Assembly (NCBI GenBank): GCA_044345405.1
Contig: JBIJBE010000047.1
Span: 1 to 25,180 of the forward strand
Length of the DNA: 25,180 nucleotides
DNA from: Bdellovibrionota bacterium
GTDB taxonomy: Bacteria; Bdellovibrionota_C; UBA2361; OMII01
Direction: 5' to 3'
In this document: positions 16,992-25,180 of the stretch, in pieces
Position numbering within the stretch: the first letter of the stretch is position 1
Layout: every line of letters begins with the position of its first letter
Position numbers and translations under genes: made by a program
Notes under the pieces: model-generated
The model's database searches: none
What the model saw: only the letters and a program-made list of their open reading frames with translations
What the model was told of the DNA's origin: nothing

Positions 16992-18389
16992 ATGAACTTT
17001 AAAAAAACCCTTCTCTTGGCCGGCGTACTCGTCGCTGCTGTTCTCTACCTTACGAAGGTATCTGAACCCCGACGAAGGGCTGAGTTGGATAAGAACAAGC
17101 TCTTTGGCTCTGTGGGGGTCGCCCAGATCTCCCGCTTTTCTGAGTCCCCTAAGGACGGCTCCCCGTTTTCGGTTCAGCCAAGTCCCACGCAGGGTGAGCG
17201 GTCGTGGAATCTCACCGATCTGCCAACGGCGAGGATCGATGATGGTGTTATCGCGGGAGTAATCTCGGTGCTGAAAGGGCTCGCGTTTGAGGGGCCGATC
17301 TCTGAACAGGAGAGCGGGAACGACCTCTCCGTCTTCGGGTTAGATAAACCGACGCTTACCCTGACCCTTCAGCTGAAGGACGGAGTTCAGAAAGAGGTGA
17401 TCTTTGGAAAAAAAAGTGAGTACCTCAGCAAACGCTACGCGAAGCTTGGGGGCGCTCAGGGGCTCTACCTCGTTGATGAGGCCGGGTTCCAATCTTTAAA
17501 CAAAAGCCGCAACGATATCCGAGCGAAGAATCCGATCAAGTTCAACACCGCTGACGTCCGAGAGGTTACTCTTGAAACCTCTATGGGGAAGGCCATGATT
17601 ACGCAACCCGCTGTCGGGGAGTGGAAAGTTGTGGACACGCAGCCTCGCGCTGGATCCAAGCAAGATATCGAAGCTCTGTTAAGCGATCTCCGGTCTCTGA
17701 GCGTCGAGGAGTTTATCGATGGAGGCGAGGCCCGCTTGCCGGAGTTCGGACTCGATAAGCCCACCGTGACCATGACCGTTAAGCTACGCGATGGACTCAA
17801 GGAGACCTTGATACGAGTGCTCGCTGGAGAGGCGCCGAACTCAAAGGGAACTTTCTTCACCTACGATGGTGCCCCGTCGGTTTTTAAAGTTCCTACTGAG
17901 AAAGTTATCCCTCTTCGCAAAGGAATAATCGATCTTCGTGAGCGAAGGCTCTTTACTTTTGAGGGCAAGGATATCGAGAAGCTCGTGTCCGGTGGCTCGG
18001 CGGAGACATCAGTTGAGATTCAATCCGCCGCGATGGACTGGACCGTGAACGGCAAGATAAGTGATCCGGTATTTGTTGAGGACCTTCTCAATAATATCTC
18101 CAAACTTTCCGCCGTAGACTTCCCGAAAGTTGTGCCATCGGACGCGTTCGCTGAGCCGTTCTTGACGCTAGCCCTCACAAAGAAGAAGGGATTGGGTGGG
18201 GAGACTATCGTACTCTCCATCGGTAAGGAGACCTCAACTCCCCAAGGGCAGGCTCGTTACGCGCGGGTCGGAGATTCGGGGGAGGTCGCTCTTATTAGAG
18301 ATGTAGAGGCTAAGCGAATTATTCCCCATGAGGGAGCGCTCATTCAAAGTCCGACGCCTGCACCAAAAGCCGCTCAGGTGGCTCGATGA
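16992..18389 (+). CDS. DUF4340-like periplasmic protein
   Basis: N-terminal anchor; repeated FGLDKPT motif in roughly three repeated units; usual position after GldG-like genes. Confidence 0.8.
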   Translation: MNFKKTLLLAGVLVAAVLYLTKVSEPRRRAELDKNKLFGSVGVAQISRFSESPKDGSPFSVQPSPTQGERSWNLTDLPTARIDDGVIAGVISVLKGLAFEGPISEQESGNDLSVFGLDKPTLTLTLQLKDGVQKEVIFGKKSEYLSKRYAKLGGAQGLYLVDEAGFQSLNKSRNDIRAKNPIKFNTADVREVTLETSMGKAMITQPAVGEWKVVDTQPRAGSKQDIEALLSDLRSLSVEEFIDGGEARLPEFGLDKPTVTMTVKLRDGLKETLIRVLAGEAPNSKGTFFTYDGAPSVFKVPTEKVIPLRKGIIDLRERRLFTFEGKDIEKLVSGGSAETSVEIQSAAMDWTVNGKISDPVFVEDLLNNISKLSAVDFPKVVPSDAFAEPFLTLALTKKKGLGGETIVLSIGKETSTPQGQARYARVGDSGEVALIRDVEAKRIIPHEGALIQSPTPAPKAAQVAR

Positions 18390-18458
18390 CGCGGGTCGGG
18401 CTATGAGAAGCAACGGGGAGGCTTTATTTAATGTGGTGGTCGGACTAACCTGACCTTG

Positions 18459-20906
18459 ATGATTAAGAAGATCCTTCTAACCATACTTGTGACCGGTCTA
18501 GGTCTCGCGTGCGTCGGGGGGCTCTTCGCTGTTTGGGGATACTACTATCTCGTTCGAGATCTCCCTAAGCTCTCCCGAATCGAGGATTACAAACCGCCCG
18601 CGGTGACTCGAGTTCTCGCCAGAGACGGTTCCCTGATGGCGGAGTTCTACTCAGAGCGTCGGTACCCGGTTAAGTTCGCTGATGTCCCTGAGGTCGTTCG
18701 CAAAGCTTTTCTCGCGGCGGAGGATGCTTCGTTTTATAGCCATCACGGTATCGATCCGGTCAGTATTCTTCGCGCGGTCGTGAAGAACATGCAGAGTGGG
18801 GCCGTTAAGCAGGGAGCGTCGACCATTACACAACAGGTTGTGAAGAACCTCCTCCTAAGCTCTGAGCAGAGCTTCGTTCGAAAAGGTAAGGAGGCGATCC
18901 TCTCCTATCGCCTTGAGCGACGTTTCTCGAAGGATGAGATCTTCGAGATCTACCTGAATCAGATATTTTTCGGTAACACAGCCTACGGCATCAAAGCCGC
19001 CGGGCGTATCTATTTCCATAAAGAGCTTCCTGAGATCACCCTTGGTGAGGCCGCGATGCTCGCGGGATTGCCGAAGGCGCCGAGTGAGTATTCACCTGTG
19101 AAGAACTTGAAGAAGGCGCGGCAACGTCAGGCTCAAATCTTGCACCAGATGGTTGAGGCTGGGTTCATCACCGAGCAGCAACGTCGCGACGCTATGGATG
19201 AGCAGCTCAAGGTATATCCAGCGTCGCAGCAGAACGTTTTTGCCTCCCCTTACTATGTGGGCGAGATACGTCGGGTATTCGCGGAGACTTGGAAGAACCT
19301 CGATCTCGATAGTGATGGTCTTGAGATAACGACGGCGGTTGACCCTCAGGCGGATCAGTCCGCGCAGAGCGCGCTCCGTCAAGGATTGCGAGAAGTTGAT
19401 AAGCGTCGGGGATGGCGGGGACCAAAAGGGAAGATGACCGAGGCGGAGTACGCTCAACGGTATGGCTCCCTTACGCTCATTGAAAACAACCCAACACCGG
19501 CGCTCGTGAAGGCGAACGTTGGCGGGATCGCTAAGGTGGTAGTTGGAAGTCAGGACTATCAGGTCGACCTTAATGAGGCGGGGTGGGCTAAAAAGTTCCT
19601 TGAGAAAGATGACTCAACCCGATTCGCTTCTCCCGCTGATATCGTTCGTGTCGGCGATGTACTTGAGGTGGCGCTTCGTCGGCCGATGGCCTCAGGAAAG
19701 GCGCAGGAGAGGGTTCCTCTTAAGGTGATGCTCGATCAGACCCCTGAGATCGAGGGCGCCGTCGTGCTGATCGATCCTCGCAACGGTGAGGTTCGCGCTA
19801 TGGCGGGAGGATACGATTACACGCAGAGTCAATTCAATCGGGTCACCCAATCGCTTCGTCAGCCGGGCTCAACCTTTAAGCCGGTGCTCTACCTAGCGGC
19901 TATCGACAAGTACAACTACACCCCGTCAACGATTATGATGGATCAGGCGAGGACGTTCCGCGTTGGGGATACCTTCTGGACACCGGCGAACTTCGACGAA
20001 AAGTTCTTAGGGCCGATAACCCTTCGCACCGCGCTTGAGAAATCCCGCAATCTCGTTTCAGCCGATATCGTTTCCCGTATCGGTGTAGACGCCGCGATCT
20101 CGTACGCTCGATTGCTCGGCATCAAGAGCCCCCTTGGAAGAAATCTTTCGCTCTCGCTTGGTAGTAGTGAGGTAACACCTCTTGAACTCACGCGCGCGTA
20201 CTCAGTTTTTCCCGCCAAGGGGGTTCTCTTCGATTCCGTGTTTGTGGAGAAAATCAAGGATCGATTCGGTCAGACCCTCTACGAGAGTGACGCTGAGAGC
20301 GCGAGCAAGGCTCGCCAGGTGATTAGTGAGAACAGCGCCTTCGTTATGGCGAACATGATGAAGGGGGTCGTTGATCACGGAACGGGATATCGCATCAAAG
20401 AGCTTGGTCGACCGGTAGCTGGAAAGACCGGAACATCGAACGATCAGATGGATACCTGGTTTATTGGATACACGCCGACATGGGTATGCGGTGTATGGGT
20501 TGGATTTGATCAGAAGAAACAGATCGGACCGAAGGAGACCGGAGGTGTTGTTGCCGCGCCGATCTGGCTCTACTTCATGAGAGATTTCCTTGAGCGTTCA
20601 AGCGCCGCTACCGTTGATGGTCTGGAGCGTGAAGCCAAGAGCGAAGCTGATAAGCTCGGTATCGTCTATGTGGCGCCAAAAATCACGGAGCAGCTCGATT
20701 TCAGTGTCCCTGAAGGGGTTGAGCCGTTCTGGATCAGCAAATCCACCGGCGCGCGCCTAACGCAGGGAAGCTCGGGCGCGTTTCTTGAGTACTACATCAA
20801 GGGCACTGCTCCCGATGAGTATCCTAATCTTGGTGGTGGCTCCGAGGGGGAGGGCGAGGAACGTGAGGCGAGCACGAGTTCGTATCTTGAGTCGCCGGAT
20901 CTGTAG
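18459..20906 (+). CDS. mrcA: Penicillin-binding protein 1A (class A bifunctional PBP)
   Basis: GT51 motifs AAEDASFYSHHG, GASTITQQVVKN, RKGKE, KDEIFEIYLN; OB-like insert RRGWRGP; transpeptidase STFK, SRN and KTG. Confidence 0.95.
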   Translation: MIKKILLTILVTGLGLACVGGLFAVWGYYYLVRDLPKLSRIEDYKPPAVTRVLARDGSLMAEFYSERRYPVKFADVPEVVRKAFLAAEDASFYSHHGIDPVSILRAVVKNMQSGAVKQGASTITQQVVKNLLLSSEQSFVRKGKEAILSYRLERRFSKDEIFEIYLNQIFFGNTAYGIKAAGRIYFHKELPEITLGEAAMLAGLPKAPSEYSPVKNLKKARQRQAQILHQMVEAGFITEQQRRDAMDEQLKVYPASQQNVFASPYYVGEIRRVFAETWKNLDLDSDGLEITTAVDPQADQSAQSALRQGLREVDKRRGWRGPKGKMTEAEYAQRYGSLTLIENNPTPALVKANVGGIAKVVVGSQDYQVDLNEAGWAKKFLEKDDSTRFASPADIVRVGDVLEVALRRPMASGKAQERVPLKVMLDQTPEIEGAVVLIDPRNGEVRAMAGGYDYTQSQFNRVTQSLRQPGSTFKPVLYLAAIDKYNYTPSTIMMDQARTFRVGDTFWTPANFDEKFLGPITLRTALEKSRNLVSADIVSRIGVDAAISYARLLGIKSPLGRNLSLSLGSSEVTPLELTRAYSVFPAKGVLFDSVFVEKIKDRFGQTLYESDAESASKARQVISENSAFVMANMMKGVVDHGTGYRIKELGRPVAGKTGTSNDQMDTWFIGYTPTWVCGVWVGFDQKKQIGPKETGGVVAAPIWLYFMRDFLERSSAATVDGLEREAKSEADKLGIVYVAPKITEQLDFSVPEGVEPFWISKSTGARLTQGSSGAFLEYYIKGTAPDEYPNLGGGSEGEGEEREASTSSYLESPDL

Positions 20907-20920
20907 GGGAGAACTCCTAC
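20903..20920. terminator. Small hairpin at the mrcA/PPIase convergence
   Basis: GTAGGGG-agaa-CTCCTAC; the stem contains both stop codons. Confidence 0.3.
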
Positions 20921-21504
20921 CTACCCCCTTCCCGAATGAACACCGTTACTTTAACGATCCGGTCTCCCGCGCGAAGGCTTTTAAGCGTATCGAATCCTCC
21001 CACTACCTTTCCGAATACGGTGTAGTGCCCATCCATGTGGGGCGCGTCGGTCAGGAGAATGTGGAACTGACCGCCGTTTGATCGTCGCTCGGGATTGGCG
21101 CGTTTGCCGGTTTTCTCGTCGACGTCCGGTTTGCGGGCCATGCCGACCGTTCCAAGGACGTGGTTGCGATTACTGAATTCGGCAGGGAGGTCATAGCCGG
21201 GACCTCCTCGTCCGTTTCCGAGGGGATCGCCCCCTTGAACGAGGTAATCCCTTTGCGCGAAGTGGAAGGTCAGGTTCCGATAAAAGTTCTTGTCGGCCAG
21301 ATATTTAAAGTTCGTGACGTGCCACGGGGCCTCCTCAGGGAAGAGCTCGATAAAGATCTTCCCCTTGGATGTTTCGACGATGGCGCTACGAATTTTCAGT
21401 ACCTCCGCCTTGGGCGGCATGTTGAAGGGGGGATCCTTGGCGAAGGAGAGGGTGGGGAAGAGCAAAGTCCCCATGTAAAGGGCGATTATGAATAGCTTTT
21501 TCAT
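20917..21504 (-). CDS. Exported cyclophilin-type peptidyl-prolyl isomerase-like protein
   Basis: Signal peptide (MKK...SFA), ETSKGKIFIELF, QGGDP.G.G.GGPGY, GMAR, DGHYTVFGKV. ATG 21504 is preferred over GTG 21519. Confidence 0.9.
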   Translation of the reverse strand: MKKLFIIALYMGTLLFPTLSFAKDPPFNMPPKAEVLKIRSAIVETSKGKIFIELFPEEAPWHVTNFKYLADKNFYRNLTFHFAQRDYLVQGGDPLGNGRGGPGYDLPAEFSNRNHVLGTVGMARKPDVDEKTGKRANPERRSNGGQFHILLTDAPHMDGHYTVFGKVVGGFDTLKSLRAGDRIVKVTVFIREGGR

Positions 21505-21867
21505 GCGATATGGAGCCACTGCCAGCCTACCGTCGTCGCGTCAAGCATGGTCTCGTGAGCCTTTTTGTTGACTGGCGACACCGGCGCTACCTGACTATAG
21601 TATTATAGTGAGGTCAGCGAATCCTATCTCCTAAGGGGCTTTTTTCCTATGAGGAAATGTCTGGAGGGTGGATAGGAACCGTATCATTTCAGATCGTTGA
21701 AAGATTTCTGAGGTAAGCGACCGTTCGTGTGTCCCGCAAGGGACATCGGATGCCGCGACCAGACGTGGCTGGCTCAGCAGGAACCGCCCCGCGGGTGTTC
21801 GCGCGGTGAGGGCCCGCCGCGGGTCGGTAAGACGCCGTCAGTTTTGCAGGTTTAAGAACGTACGCTC

Positions 21868-23973
21868 ATGAGATCCTCCTTCGCCTTTCCTCGCTTGCTG
21901 GTTCAGCTCTCGCTTCAGTTCGTATTCGTGTGCGTACTTCCTTCGTTCGCCGTCGCCGATCAGCGAGAGCTTCCCCAGCCTCGTCCAGCGGTGGACGCCG
22001 TTCTGCTCATCGATGCGTCGGGCAGCATGCTCAAAACTGACGCTCAGATGCTTCGCTACGATGGCGCCAAGCTCTTTTTGCAATTTCTCGGAAAGGATGA
22101 TCGCCTGGCGATCGTAAGCTTCTCTGACAAAGCCAACGTCGTGAGTGACTTGAAGGAGTTCAGCAAGGAGCCGACCGACGTCGTGACCCAGCAGATCCAG
22201 TCGATAAAAACGGAAGGGCAGTACTCAGATATCCTTGAGGGAATTCGCGCCGCCGCTAAAATATTAGAGGCGAGCCCTCGCAACGACGCTGAGCGGATCA
22301 TTGTATTGCTCTCCGATGGAAAGATGGAGCCGAATCCCCAGGCGGGAGCCGCTTCAACTCGAACCGTTGAACTCGTGAATCAGGTGCTTCCTGAGCTCAA
22401 AGCTAAAGAGATAAAGGTACATTCGTTAGCTTTCTCAGAGCAGGCCGATAAGATGCTTCTCTCTGAGATATCCGCCGCGACAGATGGGATGAATTGGTTT
22501 ACCGCCACCTCGGATGATGTTCACAAATCGTTCGCTAATCTCTTCCTTGTTGTGAAGCGTCCTCAAGTGCTGCAGATGCGTAGCAGATCCTTCGCCCTTG
22601 ATGATGATGTGGACGAGGCGACCTTCTACATCACCCGTGATGAGGGATCGAAGTTGACCCTTATCAGTCCTAAGAATGAGGAGATGATGGTTGGCCGAAC
22701 CCCTGATTGGGTTACCTGGTTCGCCGGTAAGAACTTCGATGTCATCACGATGAAGGAGCCGGACATCGGAGAGTGGCAGGTACAAAGCGCCGGAGCCGCT
22801 GAGGGGTTCGCTACGGTCCTTACCAATCTGCGACTTGTGACCGATTGGCCCGTGGTTGTGCGAGTTGGTGACAAGAGTGTCGTTCAAGCGCGACTCTATG
22901 ACGGTGAAAAGCCGGTGGCGTTGCCGGAGATGTCAGGCGTTATTCAGTACGCGTTTCAAGTCGTCCCAACTGATCGAATCGCGGCCGCTGTCGCCAAAGA
23001 TTTCTTGAACGACGAGGGACGCGATGGAGATAAGGTCGCTCGTGACGGTATCTTTTCCCGCTACTGCACGATAGCGGAGCCTGGTGAGTATAGACTTTCA
23101 ATCGTCGCTCGAGGGCCTACCTTCGAGCGAACGCAGCAGGTGCCATTCCGAGTGCGTCCACCACTTCTGGGCTTTAGTATCGTCCCGGGTGGTGCGCATG
23201 GCCACGGCGAGTCCCATGATGAGCACGGTCACGGTGGTGGAGAAGGGGCGGGCCATGAAGCGGGTCACGCGGATCAGGGCGCCATCAAGGGCGACCCGAG
23301 TTTTGTGTTCAGAGCTGAGTTAAGTAAGGAAGCGCTTGGTTTTCGTGATATCCAAGTAAAGGTGGAAGCGCTGTCGCGAAATAGAAAAAAGACCGTCGTC
23401 AATCTGAAGCGCCAGCACGGTGAGGAGGTTGTTTACTACGAGGCAACGGCGGATTCACTTCCTGAGGCGGGTCTCTACTCCGTAACCGCCACCCTCACGG
23501 GTATCTCAAAGAAGGGCCAGGAGATGGAGGCCGAGAGCGCGCCGCTGAAGTTTGATTTGACAGGTGTTGTGAAAAAGGTGGAGCCAACCGCTACCGTGGC
23601 TCCGAAAGAGGTTCACCATGAGGAACCCAAAGAGGCTGAGTCCCTTCCGATCCTTCCGATCGCGTTGATTAGTGGTTCGAGCATTCTCGCGATGATCGTT
23701 GGTGTATTGCTCACGAAAAAGAAGAAGGGAGCTAGTCTCGCGGGAACTCGGTACAATCCACCGAAGCAGATGCTTGACGCTATCGCGAGCCTTGAACAAA
23801 AGGTCGCCACCTCCGACATCAAAGTTGGAGATGTCAAATTAGAGAGTGAAGTTGAGGCAGAGCGAGCCGAGGCAGCCTCGAAAGAGGCGAACGCCGCCCC
23901 ACCAGAGGGAGAGGGAGCTCAGCAAGAGGCGGGAACGGAAGCCGCTGAAACGCCACCGACTGAGGAGGCGTAG
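21868..23973 (+). CDS. Exported VWA-domain protein with His-rich segment and C-terminal membrane anchor
   Basis: Signal peptide, MIDAS DASGS...LSDG, beta-rich domains, His/Gly tract, TM followed by KKKK, acidic tail. Confidence 0.88.
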   Translation: MRSSFAFPRLLVQLSLQFVFVCVLPSFAVADQRELPQPRPAVDAVLLIDASGSMLKTDAQMLRYDGAKLFLQFLGKDDRLAIVSFSDKANVVSDLKEFSKEPTDVVTQQIQSIKTEGQYSDILEGIRAAAKILEASPRNDAERIIVLLSDGKMEPNPQAGAASTRTVELVNQVLPELKAKEIKVHSLAFSEQADKMLLSEISAATDGMNWFTATSDDVHKSFANLFLVVKRPQVLQMRSRSFALDDDVDEATFYITRDEGSKLTLISPKNEEMMVGRTPDWVTWFAGKNFDVITMKEPDIGEWQVQSAGAAEGFATVLTNLRLVTDWPVVVRVGDKSVVQARLYDGEKPVALPEMSGVIQYAFQVVPTDRIAAAVAKDFLNDEGRDGDKVARDGIFSRYCTIAEPGEYRLSIVARGPTFERTQQVPFRVRPPLLGFSIVPGGAHGHGESHDEHGHGGGEGAGHEAGHADQGAIKGDPSFVFRAELSKEALGFRDIQVKVEALSRNRKKTVVNLKRQHGEEVVYYEATADSLPEAGLYSVTATLTGISKKGQEMEAESAPLKFDLTGVVKKVEPTATVAPKEVHHEEPKEAESLPILPIALISGSSILAMIVGVLLTKKKKGASLAGTRYNPPKQMLDAIASLEQKVATSDIKVGDVKLESEVEAERAEAASKEANAAPPEGEGAQQEAGTEAAETPPTEEA

Positions 23974-23978
23974 TCTCC

Positions 23979-24644
23979 ATGTCGGGGGTTATCTTACTTG
24001 TGGCGGTTGTTCAGTCCCTCCTCGTGGGAGTGTTCCTCTATCGACGAGCTATCGCGCAGGGCAAGGAGGCGAACGCTGGAAGCACCTTGGTCAAGGAAGA
24101 GCTCTCCATCAAGCGCGAACTTTGGAACAAACTCGAGAGTCTTCGGCAGGAGATGGCTAGCCCCGCGGATCACGAGCGGGCGCTCGCCGAGGTTGATGCC
24201 GCTCGGGAGTCGCTTAAGGCGGAGCGCGGACGGGTTATTATCACCCAAGCCGAACTTGAGAGTGTGGAGTTGCGGTTGCGAGAGTTGGATGAAGTAAACC
24301 GTGAACTTGAGGCGAGCACATTAGAGACAAAAGAGGAGCTCAAGATCCTTCAGAAGCGGGAGGGCGATCTCAAGACCAAGAACGAGGAGTTGCGAGTTCA
24401 GATCGCTGACTCAACCACGAAGCTTGAGGCATTAATGTCCGAAATCGAAATGTCCGTTCAGATGCAGGAGCAGGTCAAGGTCATGCGAGCCGATCTTCTC
24501 AAGAGTGAGCAGCAGGTCGAGACCCTCATGAACGAGATTCAAAAAGGTAATGAGCAGTACTTCATCTCAAAGCGACGATATGACGCGCTCGACGTTGAGT
24601 ACGCGCAGCTCTATCAGCAGTATATGGAGCAGAAGCAGAAGTAG
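23979..24644 (+). CDS. Membrane-anchored coiled-coil protein
   Basis: N-terminal TM followed by about 180 aa of E/K/L/Q-rich heptads; 5 bp after the VWA gene; SD GAGGAGG. Confidence 0.8.
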   Translation: MSGVILLVAVVQSLLVGVFLYRRAIAQGKEANAGSTLVKEELSIKRELWNKLESLRQEMASPADHERALAEVDAARESLKAERGRVIITQAELESVELRLRELDEVNRELEASTLETKEELKILQKREGDLKTKNEELRVQIADSTTKLEALMSEIEMSVQMQEQVKVMRADLLKSEQQVETLMNEIQKGNEQYFISKRRYDALDVEYAQLYQQYMEQKQK

Positions 24645-24685
24645 GGCTCTGTTCAGTTTCTGTGCGCTGACATTGCAAGAATACC

Positions 24686-25180
24686 CTACAGCATATCCTG
24701 CGGATCCAAATCGAACACAATTCGAGCGTTCTTTTCACCGGCCGAATCACGCTTCAATCGAAGCATGAGATTTTGCAACTTCGCCGCTGACTGCGCCTTA
24801 AAGAGGATGTGGTATCGCCAATAGTTGCGTACCTTCTCAACGGGAGCGGGAGCGGGGCCTAACAGAGTAATGCCGAGCGCGTCGCATGGCTCAGCGGCTC
24901 GTCCGGCGATTCGCGCGGCGATAGTAGCGGCGCCATTTTTGTCCTCTGCGCCAACAATAATTCTCAGAAGACGTTGGAAGGGGGGATATCCCAACATCTC
25001 TCGCATCTCAAGCTCCTGCTTCGCGAAGCCTAGGTAGTCTGCGGCGATCGTCATTTGCAAGCTCACGTGTTGAGGCACCCGTGTTTGGAGGATGACGTGT
25101 CCCTGCTTCTCTCGACGACCGGCGCGCCCCGCTACTTGGGTAAGGAGTTGAAACGCTCGCTCTCCAGCGCGGAAGTCAGG
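24686..25180 (-). CDS. priA: Primosomal protein N' (3' part; gene runs off the window)
   Basis: The frame is open to the window edge: PDFRAGERAFQLLTQVAGRAGR...VILQT, GYPPF, LGPAPAP, C-terminal DLDP. Confidence 0.95.
   Translation of the reverse strand, partial: PDFRAGERAFQLLTQVAGRAGRREKQGHVILQTRVPQHVSLQMTIAADYLGFAKQELEMREMLGYPPFQRLLRIIVGAEDKNGAATIAARIAGRAAEPCDALGITLLGPAPAPVEKVRNYWRYHILFKAQSAAKLQNLMLRLKRDSAGEKNARIVFDLDPQDML

Noticed and set aside
21651-21790. RNase P-like GAGGAAA start or c-di-GMP-I riboswitch
   Set aside because: GAGGAAAGTCC and the 3' RNase P consensus are absent, and the GGCAAA/GACGCAAA riboswitch core is not matched.
1-25180. CRISPR array, tRNA/rRNA, IS element, prophage or defence island
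   Set aside because: I saw no regularly spaced repeats, RNA gene signatures, transposase or integrase, or obvious compositional shift.

Overview
Gene-dense, GC-rich (roughly 55-60% by eye) bacterial chromosomal segment of housekeeping and envelope genes. I saw no mobile element, CRISPR array, rRNA or tRNA. Order: partial methyltransferase-like gene, SURF1, a tandem pair of KAS III (FabH-like) paralogues, O-antigen ligase-like gene, membrane-anchored CxxC helical protein, M42 peptidase, GH15-like enzyme, class II lysS, TPR protein, GldA/F/G-like ABC operon with a DUF4340-like gene, PBP1A, cyclophilin, VWA surface protein with a coiled-coil partner, and the 3' end of priA. The content suggests a diderm, deltaproteobacteria-like lineage (inference only). 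The best candidate for a novel system is the KAS III pair: the first copy has lost all three catalytic residues but is an intact ORF 11 bp upstream of an active paralogue, suggesting a PqsBC-like pseudoenzyme/enzyme heterodimer. Other oddities are a LysRS with a rewritten motif 2, a cyclophilin lacking the catalytic Arg, a recurrent TAnnnT-N6/7-ATG pattern suggesting leaderless mRNAs, and two hairpin-rich intergenic regions. All family calls come from motif recognition, not database searches.
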